Notes: a model not told the origin generated them from the sequence alone. DNA of 64,000 bases from Collinsella sp. (GCA_036313175.1 JAXJMO010000020.1:10670-74669), one strand, 5' to 3'; counted from the first letter of the stretch, positions 34,395 to 44,610 are shown. Numbers and translations are program-made.

Positions 34395-35210
34395 TTAGCT
34401 GTGGCGGTACTCGGCGATAATGAAGTCGATATCGGTTTGGAGCGTGTCCAAGTTTGCCAGGCGCTCTTTGTCGGCAGGGCGCGTGCGGTAGTAGTATGGC
34501 GTCATCTGGAACACCGCCTCGATGTCGGCCTGGGTCTGGAGCGTAATGTTCGCAGACACCCGCCGCGTTCCGACCAACTCGAGCTCGGTAGTCTTCGGCA
34601 GCTTCTCATCGTTAAGGTACGGCGTGTCGTAGAGCACCTCCTTGAGCCCAAACAGATGACGGGCACCCGGCACCACGGTGTAGAGCGAGCCCTCGGGCGC
34701 CAGCACGCGGGCAAACTCACGCTCGTTAAAGGGAGCGAAGAGCTCGGTCACCATATCAAAGGCGCCATCAGCCACGGGGATATCCTTCATGTTGGCCACG
34801 AAGTAGGTCGCATCGCCGCGCTTGGCGGCAAGGCGTACCATCTCCTTGCCCAGGTCGAAACCGTAAGCATCCACGCCCGGCACCGCGCCCATGGCACTCG
34901 TGTAATAGCCCTCGCCGCAGCAAATGTCGAGCAGCGTCATGGGGCCATTCGTAGACGTGGCACGCCCAGACACCTGCTTGCGCACCAACTCGACCATCGC
35001 ATCGCGCAACGGCGCATAGTATCCGCGGTTCAGAAAGTCACGACGACTGCGCGCCTGTGACTTGGGATCGCCCATAGAGTCGCCGCTCTTGGACGAGCGC
35101 AGCAGATATAGATAGCCCTCGCGAGCACGGTCAAACCGGTGTCCGCCCGCGCACGCAGCACCGCGCTCATCGTCCACCAACGGCTCATGGCAAACGGGAC
35201 ACAACAACAT
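34395..35210 (-). CDS. rlmA: 23S rRNA (guanine-N1)-methyltransferase RlmA family
   Basis: N-terminal zinc motif MLLCPVCHEPL...CAGGHRFDRAREGYLYLL followed by a class I SAM-MTase core (LLDICCGEGYY). The ATG follows AAGGAG. Confidence 0.8.
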   Translation of the reverse strand: MLLCPVCHEPLVDDERGAACAGGHRFDRAREGYLYLLRSSKSGDSMGDPKSQARSRRDFLNRGYYAPLRDAMVELVRKQVSGRATSTNGPMTLLDICCGEGYYTSAMGAVPGVDAYGFDLGKEMVRLAAKRGDATYFVANMKDIPVADGAFDMVTELFAPFNEREFARVLAPEGSLYTVVPGARHLFGLKEVLYDTPYLNDEKLPKTTELELVGTRRVSANITLQTQADIEAVFQMTPYYYRTRPADKERLANLDTLQTDIDFIIAEYRHS

Positions 35211-35266
35211 GGCAACTCCTTAGCGCGAACAACACAACGCTCACCATTGTCGCACGCCTTCCCCAC

Positions 35267-35327
35267 CTAGTCATTGGGGACGTTCTTGAATGACTAGTCG
35301 TTTAAGAACGTCCCCAACGGCTAGTCG
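35267..35327. repeat. palindromic element family C, copy 1 (CTAGTCATTGGGGACGTTCTT ... AAGAACGTCCCCAACGGCTAG)
   Basis: GGGGACGTTCTT (35276-35287) pairs with AAGAACGTCCCC (35304-35315), with a 16-nt loop GAATGACTAGTCGTTT. Located in the divergent rlmA/MATE intergenic region. Confidence 0.8.
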
Positions 35328-35388
35328 ATTAGGAGTATCATCGTCTGCGCAAATGAGCACGAAAGAGCATGTTAGAGATTGAGAGCGT

Positions 35389-36771
35389 ATGGCTGATACC
35401 GCATCTAAGCACATTGACATGACCACCGGATCGCTGTGGCGCAATGTTCCCCTGTTCGCCTTCCTCGTGGCCGCCACGAACATCTTGGAGCAGCTGTCGA
35501 ACCTCATCGCCACGGTCATCATCGGTAACTTCTCGGGCGGCCAGGGAACCCTCGCCATGGCGGCGGTCGGCTCCAATGTTCCGCTTACCAGTCTTATGCT
35601 CAACCTGTTTATTGGCATGTCGCTTGGCTCCAACGTGGTCATCGCCAACGCTATCGGCCGCAACGATCAGAACATGGTCAAACGCGCCGTCCATACCTCG
35701 ATTTTAATGGCGCTCGTGGGCTTTGTCGTCATCGCTCTGGGCGAGATCTTTGCCGAGCCCATGCTCGCCGCGCTCAACGTTCCCGCCGAAACCATGCCGC
35801 TCGCCTCGCTCTACCTGCGCGTCTTTTTGCTCAGCCTGCCCTCAATCTTGCTCTACAACTTTGAGGCCGCGATCTTCCGCTCCGTCGGCATCACCCGCAT
35901 GCCGTTGCAGGCGCTTGCCGTGTCCACCGTCCTCAACATTGGCCTGGACCTCATCTTTGTCCCCGTACTCCACTGGGGCGTCGCGGGCGTCGCCATCGCC
36001 ACCGCCATCGCCTACACCGTCAGCGCCGCTACACTCTTTATCCGCCTGCTCAAGACCGACTCCGTCGTCCGCGTCACCCCACGCGACCTGGCTATCGACC
36101 CCGTCGCCCTCAAGCGCATCGTCAAGATCGGACTGCCCGCCGGCATCCAAAGCGCTGTCTTTGCCGTCGCCAACATCATCATCCAGTCCGCCATCAACAG
36201 CCTGGGCACCGAGGTCATGGCGGCATCGAGCGCCGCCATGAGCCTGGAGTACGTGTGCTACAACCTGCTCAACAGTTTTAGTCAGGCTTGCACCACCTTT
36301 GTGGGACAAAACCACGGTGCTCGCCAGATCGACCGCTGCACCAAAACGCTTAAGGTCTGCCTGGTCGAAGGCGGTATCGTTGCACTCATCACAATTATCG
36401 TTATTGTCGGTCTGGGGCGCGAGATCCTATCGCTGTTCAACAGCGACCCCAACATCGTCTCGATCGGCTATATCCGCGTGTGCTCGATCTTCCCGGCGTA
36501 CGCCTTTAGCATGTTCTACGAAAACATGTCTGGCTACCTGCGCGGCTTTGGTATCTCGCTCATGCCCGCCCTCATCACCATGATCTGTGTCTGCGGCATC
36601 CGCTTCTATTGGGTGTTCTGCGTGTTCCCGCACTTCCGCACCTTTGCGAACATCATGATGGTCTACCCCATCAGCCTGGGCACCACGGCGTTCTTTATGG
36701 TCGTGGCGGTACTACTCTGCCACCCGGCACGCACCTATCGCGCCGCCCAAGCCAAAGCGACAGCCCGCTAA
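35389..36771 (+). CDS. MATE family efflux transporter
   Basis: 460 aa with 12 TM-like segments and a typical MATE N-terminus (LWRNVPLFAFLVAATNILEQLSNLI...). Confidence 0.8.
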   Translation: MADTASKHIDMTTGSLWRNVPLFAFLVAATNILEQLSNLIATVIIGNFSGGQGTLAMAAVGSNVPLTSLMLNLFIGMSLGSNVVIANAIGRNDQNMVKRAVHTSILMALVGFVVIALGEIFAEPMLAALNVPAETMPLASLYLRVFLLSLPSILLYNFEAAIFRSVGITRMPLQALAVSTVLNIGLDLIFVPVLHWGVAGVAIATAIAYTVSAATLFIRLLKTDSVVRVTPRDLAIDPVALKRIVKIGLPAGIQSAVFAVANIIIQSAINSLGTEVMAASSAAMSLEYVCYNLLNSFSQACTTFVGQNHGARQIDRCTKTLKVCLVEGGIVALITIIVIVGLGREILSLFNSDPNIVSIGYIRVCSIFPAYAFSMFYENMSGYLRGFGISLMPALITMICVCGIRFYWVFCVFPHFRTFANIMMVYPISLGTTAFFMVVAVLLCHPARTYRAAQAKATAR

Positions 36772-36798
36772 ACACCGCACTCAACGCCACGCCAGTCA

Positions 36799-37665
36799 TT
36801 AATTGACAATATGCGAGCTCATATAGTCGATAAAGCGCCTCGTGGCGATGGGCATGGTGTCCCAGCTGCGCCAGGCGGCCACCACGTCGCGCGAGGGGGC
36901 ATGCACGATGGGCCGCACACAAATATCGGCTCGCATGCCCTCCACAGTACGGCGGTAGAGCATGCTCACGCCCAGGCCTTCCTCCACCATCGCCATGATG
37001 GTGTAGTCGTCGGTCACCTCGCTCGTCACGTGCGGCGACAGCCCATGCGCCGCGAATGCATCGAGCACCAGGCTCTGTTCGCCTTCATCCAGCAGCACAA
37101 ACGGCTCGGACGCTAGGTCAGCGAGTGTCACCTTTTCCTTTGCCGTCAGCGGATGCGCCGCCGGCAACAATGCCACCAACTCGTCGTGATAGACCACACG
37201 CTTCTCGAGCCCAGCGGTAAATCCGCGTGCCGTAAAACAAAAATCAACCACGCCATCGTGCACCCACTGGGCGTTGCGCGTGTAATCGCCCTGCTTGAGG
37301 GTAAAGTGTACGCCCGGGTGCAGGGCCCCAAAGTCGCGGATCACGCGCGGCAATACGGTTCGACTCACGTTGGTAAACGTCGCGATGCGAATATCAGTCG
37401 ACGAAAGTCCCAGCAGCTCCTGGCGCTTGCCCTCGAGCTCGGCCTCGGCGGTCACAATCTGGCGCAGGTACGGCAGATATTGTTTACCGTCGCGCGTAAG
37501 CGAAACACCCTGCTTACCGCGCTCGATAAGCGTGGTGCCCAGCTCGCGCTCGAGCGCCTTGACGGCCTGGCTCACCGCGCTTTGCGTATAGCCCAGCTCG
37601 TCCGCCGCACGTTTCAGACTGCCGCAATCGACCACCATACATACAATCTGATACCGCGATGCCAT
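36799..37665 (-). CDS. LysR family transcriptional regulator
   Basis: HTH SLKRAADELGYTQSAVSQAVKALE plus a LysR substrate-binding domain. Divergent from an EamA transporter gene. Confidence 0.85.
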   Translation of the reverse strand: MASRYQIVCMVVDCGSLKRAADELGYTQSAVSQAVKALERELGTTLIERGKQGVSLTRDGKQYLPYLRQIVTAEAELEGKRQELLGLSSTDIRIATFTNVSRTVLPRVIRDFGALHPGVHFTLKQGDYTRNAQWVHDGVVDFCFTARGFTAGLEKRVVYHDELVALLPAAHPLTAKEKVTLADLASEPFVLLDEGEQSLVLDAFAAHGLSPHVTSEVTDDYTIMAMVEEGLGVSMLYRRTVEGMRADICVRPIVHAPSRDVVAAWRSWDTMPIATRRFIDYMSSHIVN

Positions 37666-37823
37666 CGTGCCTCCACATCGATGTAGCCGTAAAACGTTTT
37701 GCCAGGGCTTTTCGCACCCGCTTTAGCATTTCTTAATCATACTGAAGATACATTCGCTTTACTACATCCAAATCTGGGAGCAGAATCCTTTTTGCGAAAC
37801 CGTTCTGTAACAAAAGGAGTCCC

Positions 37824-38726
37824 ATGGATCGCAAAAAAGCAATCGCGCTCTCATTTTCCGTTCCCGTCGCATGGGGCTTTTCGTATCCCCTCATGAAGAT
37901 CGGCATGGACAGCATGAACGCCACGAGCATCGTCGCGCTACGTTGCATCATCGCCTTTGTGGTCTGCCTGCTGCTCTTCCACAAGCGCGCTTTCCGCATC
38001 AACCGCGACCTTATGGTCCGTGCCGCCATCATCGGCGCCATTATGGCAACCGAGCTCACCTGCATGTGCCTGGGCTCCAGCCTCACCTCTGCCTCCACTG
38101 CCGGCTTTTTGCAGAGCCTGACGGTCGTGATCGTACCGTTTGCCAACGCCGCCCTGCTGCGTCGCGCCCCCGAGCGCAAAGTGCTCGTCGGCACCGCCAT
38201 CGTCACCTGCGGCATGCTGCTGCTCTCGGGCGCCGACTTTACCAGCCTGAACCCGGGCGCGATCATCATGCTGCTCTCCGCCTTTGTCTACGCCGGACAC
38301 ATCATTGTGGCGAAGCGCTTTGTCGAAGATGTCGACCCGCTGGCTCTGGGCGTTTGGCAGCTGGGCTTTGGCGGCTTGTTCTCGGGCATCGCCGCATTCA
38401 CCTTTGGCGGCTTCACGCTTCCCAGTACGCCCAGCGAGATCGTAGTCGTCGTCGCGCTCGCACTCATCTGCTCTGCCTACGGCTTTATCACCCAGACGCT
38501 CGTGCAGCCCCACGTGCCTGCCGAGACCACCGGCTTTGCCTTCTCGCTCGAGCCGGTCTGCTCCGCCGTCTTTTCGTTCTTCCTAGTCGGTGAGGTCCTG
38601 AGCCCCATCGCCTTCCTGGGTGCAGCTCTCATCCTCACCGGCGTCATGGCGGCAACCGTCGAGCTTCCGCGCCTCCGCGCACATGGACAGGCTCGCATGG
38701 CAGGAGCGCCCGAGCACGTCTCGTAG
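37824..38726 (+). CDS. EamA/DMT family transporter
   Basis: 300 aa, polytopic, duplicated EamA-like halves. The ATG follows AAAAGGAG. Confidence 0.75.
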   Translation: MDRKKAIALSFSVPVAWGFSYPLMKIGMDSMNATSIVALRCIIAFVVCLLLFHKRAFRINRDLMVRAAIIGAIMATELTCMCLGSSLTSASTAGFLQSLTVVIVPFANAALLRRAPERKVLVGTAIVTCGMLLLSGADFTSLNPGAIIMLLSAFVYAGHIIVAKRFVEDVDPLALGVWQLGFGGLFSGIAAFTFGGFTLPSTPSEIVVVVALALICSAYGFITQTLVQPHVPAETTGFAFSLEPVCSAVFSFFLVGEVLSPIAFLGAALILTGVMAATVELPRLRAHGQARMAGAPEHVS

Positions 38727-38814
38727 ACCCCACTCTTCATACAGCCGCGGCATAAAGGCAACCGGTGCGCCTTTACAATAGATGCCAACAGAGCATCTGA
38801 CGTAAAGGAGCCCC

Positions 38815-39540
38815 ATGGACACCGCAACTCGCGACCGCAACATAGCAACTTGGTTGGGCGATGCGCCGCAGCCGGTACGTGACACTACGAACCAGCTGCT
38901 CGAGCGCATCGCCCTTTTGCGTGCCGAGCAGACTATCTACCCGGCACAAGACGACATCCTCAATGCCCTCGCCTACACGCCGGCCGACCAGGTCAAGGTT
39001 GTCATCTTGGGTCAAGACCCCTATCACGGACCCAACCAGGCTATGGGGCTGTCGTTCTCGGTCCCCGCGACGCAAACCAAGTTGCCGCCGAGCCTGCGCA
39101 ACATCTACAAGGAACTCAATGCCGATCTGGGCTACCCCATTCCCGCCACGGGAGACCTAACCCCATGGGCACAGCAGGGCGTCCTGCTCCTCAACACTAC
39201 GCTCACCGTGCGCGAGCATGCCGCCAACTCGCACGCCAGGCTGGGCTGGAGCACGCTCACCGACTACGTTATCGAACGCTGCTGCCAGCTGCCCCAACCG
39301 GTTGTCTTTTTGGCATGGGGCCGCTTTGCCCAGCAGATGGTCGAAGGCAAGCTCGCCGCAACTGGCGCGGGCAAGGCAACCGACAAGTTCTGCCTGGCCT
39401 CCACGCACCCCTCGCCGCTTTCGGCCAACCGTGCCACGGCAGAACTCCCCGCCTTTATGGGGTCGCGTCCCTTCTCGGCAGCCAATCGGCTACTCGAACA
39501 GCACGGCTCGACCCCCGTCAACTGGACTTGCCTCGGCTAA
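38815..39540 (+). CDS. ung: uracil-DNA glycosylase (family 1)
   Basis: GQDPYHGPNQAMGLSFSV and HPSPLSA motifs. The ATG follows AAAGGAG. Confidence 0.9.
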   Translation: MDTATRDRNIATWLGDAPQPVRDTTNQLLERIALLRAEQTIYPAQDDILNALAYTPADQVKVVILGQDPYHGPNQAMGLSFSVPATQTKLPPSLRNIYKELNADLGYPIPATGDLTPWAQQGVLLLNTTLTVREHAANSHARLGWSTLTDYVIERCCQLPQPVVFLAWGRFAQQMVEGKLAATGAGKATDKFCLASTHPSPLSANRATAELPAFMGSRPFSAANRLLEQHGSTPVNWTCLG

Positions 39541-39590
39541 CAATCGATACATCAAAAACGCGCCCGACGGCTTTCCATCGGGCGCGTTTC

Positions 39591-40271
39591 CTATTCGGGC
39601 CATATAAATTGTGTGCGGCCGGCCTCGCCACCGTCAATGAGCAGACTCTGTCCGGTCATAAACCGGTTGGTCACGCCCACAAAGTAAATCCACTCGGCGA
39701 TCTCTTGGGCAGTGGCCCAGCGTTTAAGCGGCGTGAGCTCCATAATCTGGTTCCACAGGTGTTCGTCTTCCATCACGCAACGGTTGAGCGGCGTGATAAC
39801 GCCGCCCGGGTCCACACTGTTGGCGATGGCCTGCGGTGCCAGGCGGTTTGCAAGGTTCTTGGTGTAGGCGATAACGCCGCCTTTGCTGGCGGCATAGGCG
39901 GGAAACTCCGAACCCGTATGGCCGCTCGCCGACCCCACATTGACCACGGATTTGATAGCCGGCGCCGGCTTGGCGGCAAGCCCCTCCCCCACAAAGGCGT
40001 AGCGCTCGGTCACGTTGATGGTGCCACACAGGTTGGCGGCAATGTCATCGGCCGAATCCTGCGTGCCGGCAACGTTCACGATCACTTGGGGTTCAAGGTC
40101 GCCTGGAAACGAGCCCGGCTCACGGACATCAACAATCAGATGGCGGTAGCGCTCGTGTTCGATCGCCGCCGGCAGCAGATCAAAGCCCACGACCTCGTGG
40201 CCCTCGTCCAAAAAGTGCTGCACGCATGCGGCTCCGATACCGCCCGAAGCACCCGTGATCAAAACCCGCAT
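39591..40271 (-). CDS. SDR family oxidoreductase
   Basis: TGASGGIG cofactor motif and YAASKGG catalytic motif. The ATG follows AAGGAG, 9 nt after the upstream gene's stop. Confidence 0.8.
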   Translation of the reverse strand: MRVLITGASGGIGAACVQHFLDEGHEVVGFDLLPAAIEHERYRHLIVDVREPGSFPGDLEPQVIVNVAGTQDSADDIAANLCGTINVTERYAFVGEGLAAKPAPAIKSVVNVGSASGHTGSEFPAYAASKGGVIAYTKNLANRLAPQAIANSVDPGGVITPLNRCVMEDEHLWNQIMELTPLKRWATAQEIAEWIYFVGVTNRFMTGQSLLIDGGEAGRTQFIWPE

Positions 40272-40280
40272 ACTTGCTCC

Positions 40281-41003
40281 TTAGGCGGTTGCGTGGCGCT
40301 CGAGGTACTCGGAGCCCACATTCTCGCGCTCCCAGCCGCGCACGACCTTGTAGCCAACGGGGCTTAGGAAGACCTCACACAGCAGCTCGGCGATGGCACC
40401 CGTCAGCGAGCACATAAGGACCTGCACCCAGGTCCAACCAAAGAACGTGTGGCTCACCACAATGGCAAAGACCAGGTTGTCGATAAACTGGCCAACGCCC
40501 GTGGACACATAGGAGCGGAAGGCGAAGCTCGCAAAGTTATTCTTTTTGAGCATACGGCCGAGCGACTGGTTGAGCGTGGAGTTAACCACGGCAGAAACGA
40601 GCATTGCCAGCGAAGAGCCCAACACCACGTACCAGGTGCCGCCGATGGTGGCGTTAAGGGCGGTGTTGACCTCGATCATGCCCGTGTCGTAGTAAGCGCC
40701 CCACATGCCGGGCGTGAGCGAACACGCCCAAAAGCACAGGCTGACGGCGAGGTTGACCAGCAGCGCAAGGATAGAGATTTTGATGGATGCCTTGGCGCCA
40801 AAGCGCTTGCAGATCATGTCCTGGCACAAAAACGAAACCCAGCTCACCACAAAGCCGCAATCGAGTGCCAGATACGGCAGGCTGATAAGCTCTTTGTTGG
40901 CCAGCAGGTTCATCATGATGACGCTCACGAAAAACAGCGAAACCGTTGCCGCGGGAATGCTCCGCAACAGGACCTTGTAGTCCTCCATGACCTTCTTGAT
41001 CAT
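40281..41003 (-). CDS. yhhQ: VUT/YhhQ family queuosine-precursor transporter (DUF165)
   Basis: MIKKVMEDYKVLLRSIPAATVSLFFVSVIMMNLLANKELI...QFIDNLVF... resembles YhhQ-type proteins. The ATG at 41001-41003 follows AAGGAG. The 76-codon Arg/Pro-rich extension in the track is rejected. Confidence 0.75.
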   Translation of the reverse strand: MIKKVMEDYKVLLRSIPAATVSLFFVSVIMMNLLANKELISLPYLALDCGFVVSWVSFLCQDMICKRFGAKASIKISILALLVNLAVSLCFWACSLTPGMWGAYYDTGMIEVNTALNATIGGTWYVVLGSSLAMLVSAVVNSTLNQSLGRMLKKNNFASFAFRSYVSTGVGQFIDNLVFAIVVSHTFFGWTWVQVLMCSLTGAIAELLCEVFLSPVGYKVVRGWERENVGSEYLERHATA

Positions 41004-41009
41004 TATGTA

Positions 41010-41055
41010 CTCCTTTGGTTTTAGGTTTAACGAGCAGGATATCGGACCCGAACTG
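41010..41055 (-). promoter_or_regulatory. candidate preQ1-I-like riboswitch overlapping the yhhQ SD (tentative)
   Basis: The minus strand reads GAGCAG-UUCGGGUCCGAUAUC-CUGCUC-GUUAAACCUAAAACCAAAGGAG. That is a 6-bp P1, a loop starting with UUC, and an A-rich tail running into the SD, as in preQ1-I. Loop UCC could pair with the SD GGA. The loop is longer than classical examples. Confidence 0.3.
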
Positions 41056-41158
41056 CTCGGACGTCCCGGTCTTGAGACGACGTGGGTATGATAGCCGCTC
41101 GCGCGGCATAAGGCAAACAAACGGCGCGGCAGCCCCACAGGACCACCGCGCCAATGCG

Positions 41159-42772
<1,614 letters not shown>

Positions 42773-42916
42773 GCGGATCCTTTCTTGCATTAAGTGCATT
42801 ACGTCGATGTAACCGTACTATTGTAGCCGCGAAATCTCGGCATAGGGCACCTATCAGGACAAATTCATCAGTTGGGGCCTAGGGTAGCAGTCGATGGCGA
42901 CACTCCGCAGCAGTTT

Positions 42917-43214
42917 GTCTCGATCTGTAACATCTAGACGGTTTTTGAACCTCTTCCTGTTACAGATTTAGACAAACAGGTGGACGTCCCAGAAAGATCT
43001 CGATCTGTAACATCTAGCCACTCAAAACGGGTCCATCTGTTACAGATTGAGATATAAGGATAGACGGGTGCCCAATGTCTCGATCTGTAACATCTAGCAG
43101 CCAAAATCTTCTCCAGTTGTTACAGATCGAGACAACCAGGTGGGGCCCGCCAGCAAAATCTCAATCTGTAACAGGTAGCCGTCCAAATCGGTTCCAGATG
43201 TTACAGATTGAGAT
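42917..43214 (+). repeat. phased array of four 57-nt inverted-repeat units (not CRISPR)
   Basis: Units lie at 42917-42973, 42997-43053, 43077-43133 and 43158-43214. The 16-nt arms are (G/A)TCTC(G/A)ATCTGTAACA and TGTTACAGAT(C/T)(G/T)AGA(C/T), flanking 25-nt variable centres, with 23-24-bp linkers. See findings. Confidence 0.85.
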
Positions 43215-43246
43215 GAATGAACGAGCGGACAATCCCTATTTGCCTC

Positions 43247-43297
43247 TTGCATAACTGTGCATAGTGTATATATACTGTGCTTACCGGTTATATACAC
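43247..43297 (+). promoter_or_regulatory. candidate promoter (TTGCAT-N16/17-TATATA) overlapping a GTGTATATA-N16-TATATACAC inverted repeat
   Basis: TTGCAT at 43247-43252 and an A/T-rich -10 at about 43269-43275. Perfect 9-bp arms at 43264-43272 and 43289-43297, 28 bp upstream of the GntR start. AGTGTA/TACAC half-sites resemble YtrA-type operators. Confidence 0.4.
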
Positions 43298-43324
43298 GTG
43301 TAGCCCATCAGCTAAGGAGCCGCT

Positions 43325-43705
43325 GTGGACATCATCCTATCCAATTCGAGCGACAAGCCCATCTACGAGCAGATAACCTCGCAGGTCAAAGCCCAAATCC
43401 TTTCGGGCACGCTCGCTGCGGGAGCCAAACTCCCCAGCATCCGTGCACTCGCGAGCGACCTTGGCGTGAGCGTCATCACCACCAAGCGCGCCTACGCCGA
43501 CCTGGAGCAACTCGGTTTTATCTGCACCGTGCAGGGCAAGGGCTGTTTTGTCGCCGAGGGCAACCAGGAGCTCTTGCGCGAAAACCAGCTCTGCCATATC
43601 GAAGAGCTACTTGCGAAAGCGGCAAGCCAAGCCGAAACCCTGGGCGTCACACGCGACAAGCTGCACGAGATGCTCGACCTGGTAGCCCCCGAAACCATGC
43701 AGTAG
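43325..43705 (+). CDS. GntR family transcriptional regulator, YtrA subfamily
   Basis: 126 aa. PIYEQITSQVKAQILSGTLAAGAKLPSIRALASDLGVSVITTKRAYADLE wHTH with a short C-terminal helical tail. GTG follows AAGGAG. Confidence 0.85.
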   Translation: MDIILSNSSDKPIYEQITSQVKAQILSGTLAAGAKLPSIRALASDLGVSVITTKRAYADLEQLGFICTVQGKGCFVAEGNQELLRENQLCHIEELLAKAASQAETLGVTRDKLHEMLDLVAPETMQ

Positions 43706-43728
43706 CCATCTGCAAGAAAGGCTATACC

Positions 43729-44610
43729 ATGCAGAACTTGCTAGAACTCAAAGGTATCTCACGCCGTGTGAGCGACCGCTTTTCACTACGCGATGTCACG
43801 CTCGCCGTGGAGCCCGGCCAGATTGTTGGCTTTGTGGGCGCAAACGGCGCCGGCAAAACAACGACGATTCGCGCCGCGCTTGGGCTTATAAAGCTCGATG
43901 CCGGCGAAGTGCACCTGTTTGGGCAGCACTGTGGCGCCGACGCGCCCGATGAAGCGCAGCGCTGCTTGCACACTCGTGTCGGCCTCGTGCTGGACACATG
44001 CCCCTTCCCTTCCACACTCAAGGTGACCGAAGTTGAGGCACTCGTAAGCCCGGCGTACCCCGCCTGGAGCCATGGCGCCTTCGCCGACCTCCTCAGCCAA
44101 TTTGGCCTCGATCCCAAGGCAAAGGTCAAGGACCTTTCCCGCGGCATGGGCATGAAGCTGCAGCTTGCCTGCGCGCTCAGCCACCAGGCCAAGCTGCTCG
44201 TTTTGGACGAAGCCACCGCGGGGCTTGATCCCATGGCACGCGAGGAGCTGCTTGATGAGCTGCTTGCCTTTGTCGCCGACGGCCAGCACAGCGTGCTGCT
44301 CTCGAGCCACATTACGTCTGACCTCGATCGCGCCGCCGACCGCGTCATCTGCATCGATAATGGCTCGATTATTTTTGACCTGCCGCGCGAGGACATTACC
44401 GACCGCGCCGGCATCGCCCACTGTACCCAAGCACAGGCCGCCGAGCTTATGGCTTGCGTCGAAGGCGCCCGTGCCGTCCACCACGCCTATAGCGTGGACG
44501 TGCTCGTGCCCAACCGTCGCGAAACGCTCGAGGCCTTTCCCGAGATTCCCTGCGATCGGGCAACCATTGATGACTATCTGCGCCTCATGCTGAAAGGGGC
44601 TTCGAAATGA
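43729..44610 (+). CDS. ABC transporter ATP-binding protein
   Basis: GANGAGKTT Walker A, LSRGMGMKLQL signature-like motif, LLVLDEATAGLD Walker B. The ATG at 43729 was chosen because the track ORF start at 43264 overlaps the GntR gene. Confidence 0.85.
   Translation: MQNLLELKGISRRVSDRFSLRDVTLAVEPGQIVGFVGANGAGKTTTIRAALGLIKLDAGEVHLFGQHCGADAPDEAQRCLHTRVGLVLDTCPFPSTLKVTEVEALVSPAYPAWSHGAFADLLSQFGLDPKAKVKDLSRGMGMKLQLACALSHQAKLLVLDEATAGLDPMAREELLDELLAFVADGQHSVLLSSHITSDLDRAADRVICIDNGSIIFDLPREDITDRAGIAHCTQAQAAELMACVEGARAVHHAYSVDVLVPNRRETLEAFPEIPCDRATIDDYLRLMLKGASK

Noticed and set aside
42917-43214. Regularly spaced ~21-nt repeat (TCTCGATCTGTAACATCTAG) that a CRISPR finder might call as a 4-repeat array
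   Set aside because: Each 'spacer' contains the inverted copy of the repeat, and the linkers are themselves conserved in an alternating pattern. The repeat core is only 16 nt and the period is ~80 bp. No cas genes or leader are present. It is a hairpin-unit array, not CRISPR.
43264-43728. 5' extension of the ABC ATPase ORF (448-aa version)
   Set aside because: It overlaps the GntR gene in another frame and encodes an Arg/Pro-rich sequence. The ABC domain starts at MQNLLELKGIS with its own SD-like AAGAAAGG.
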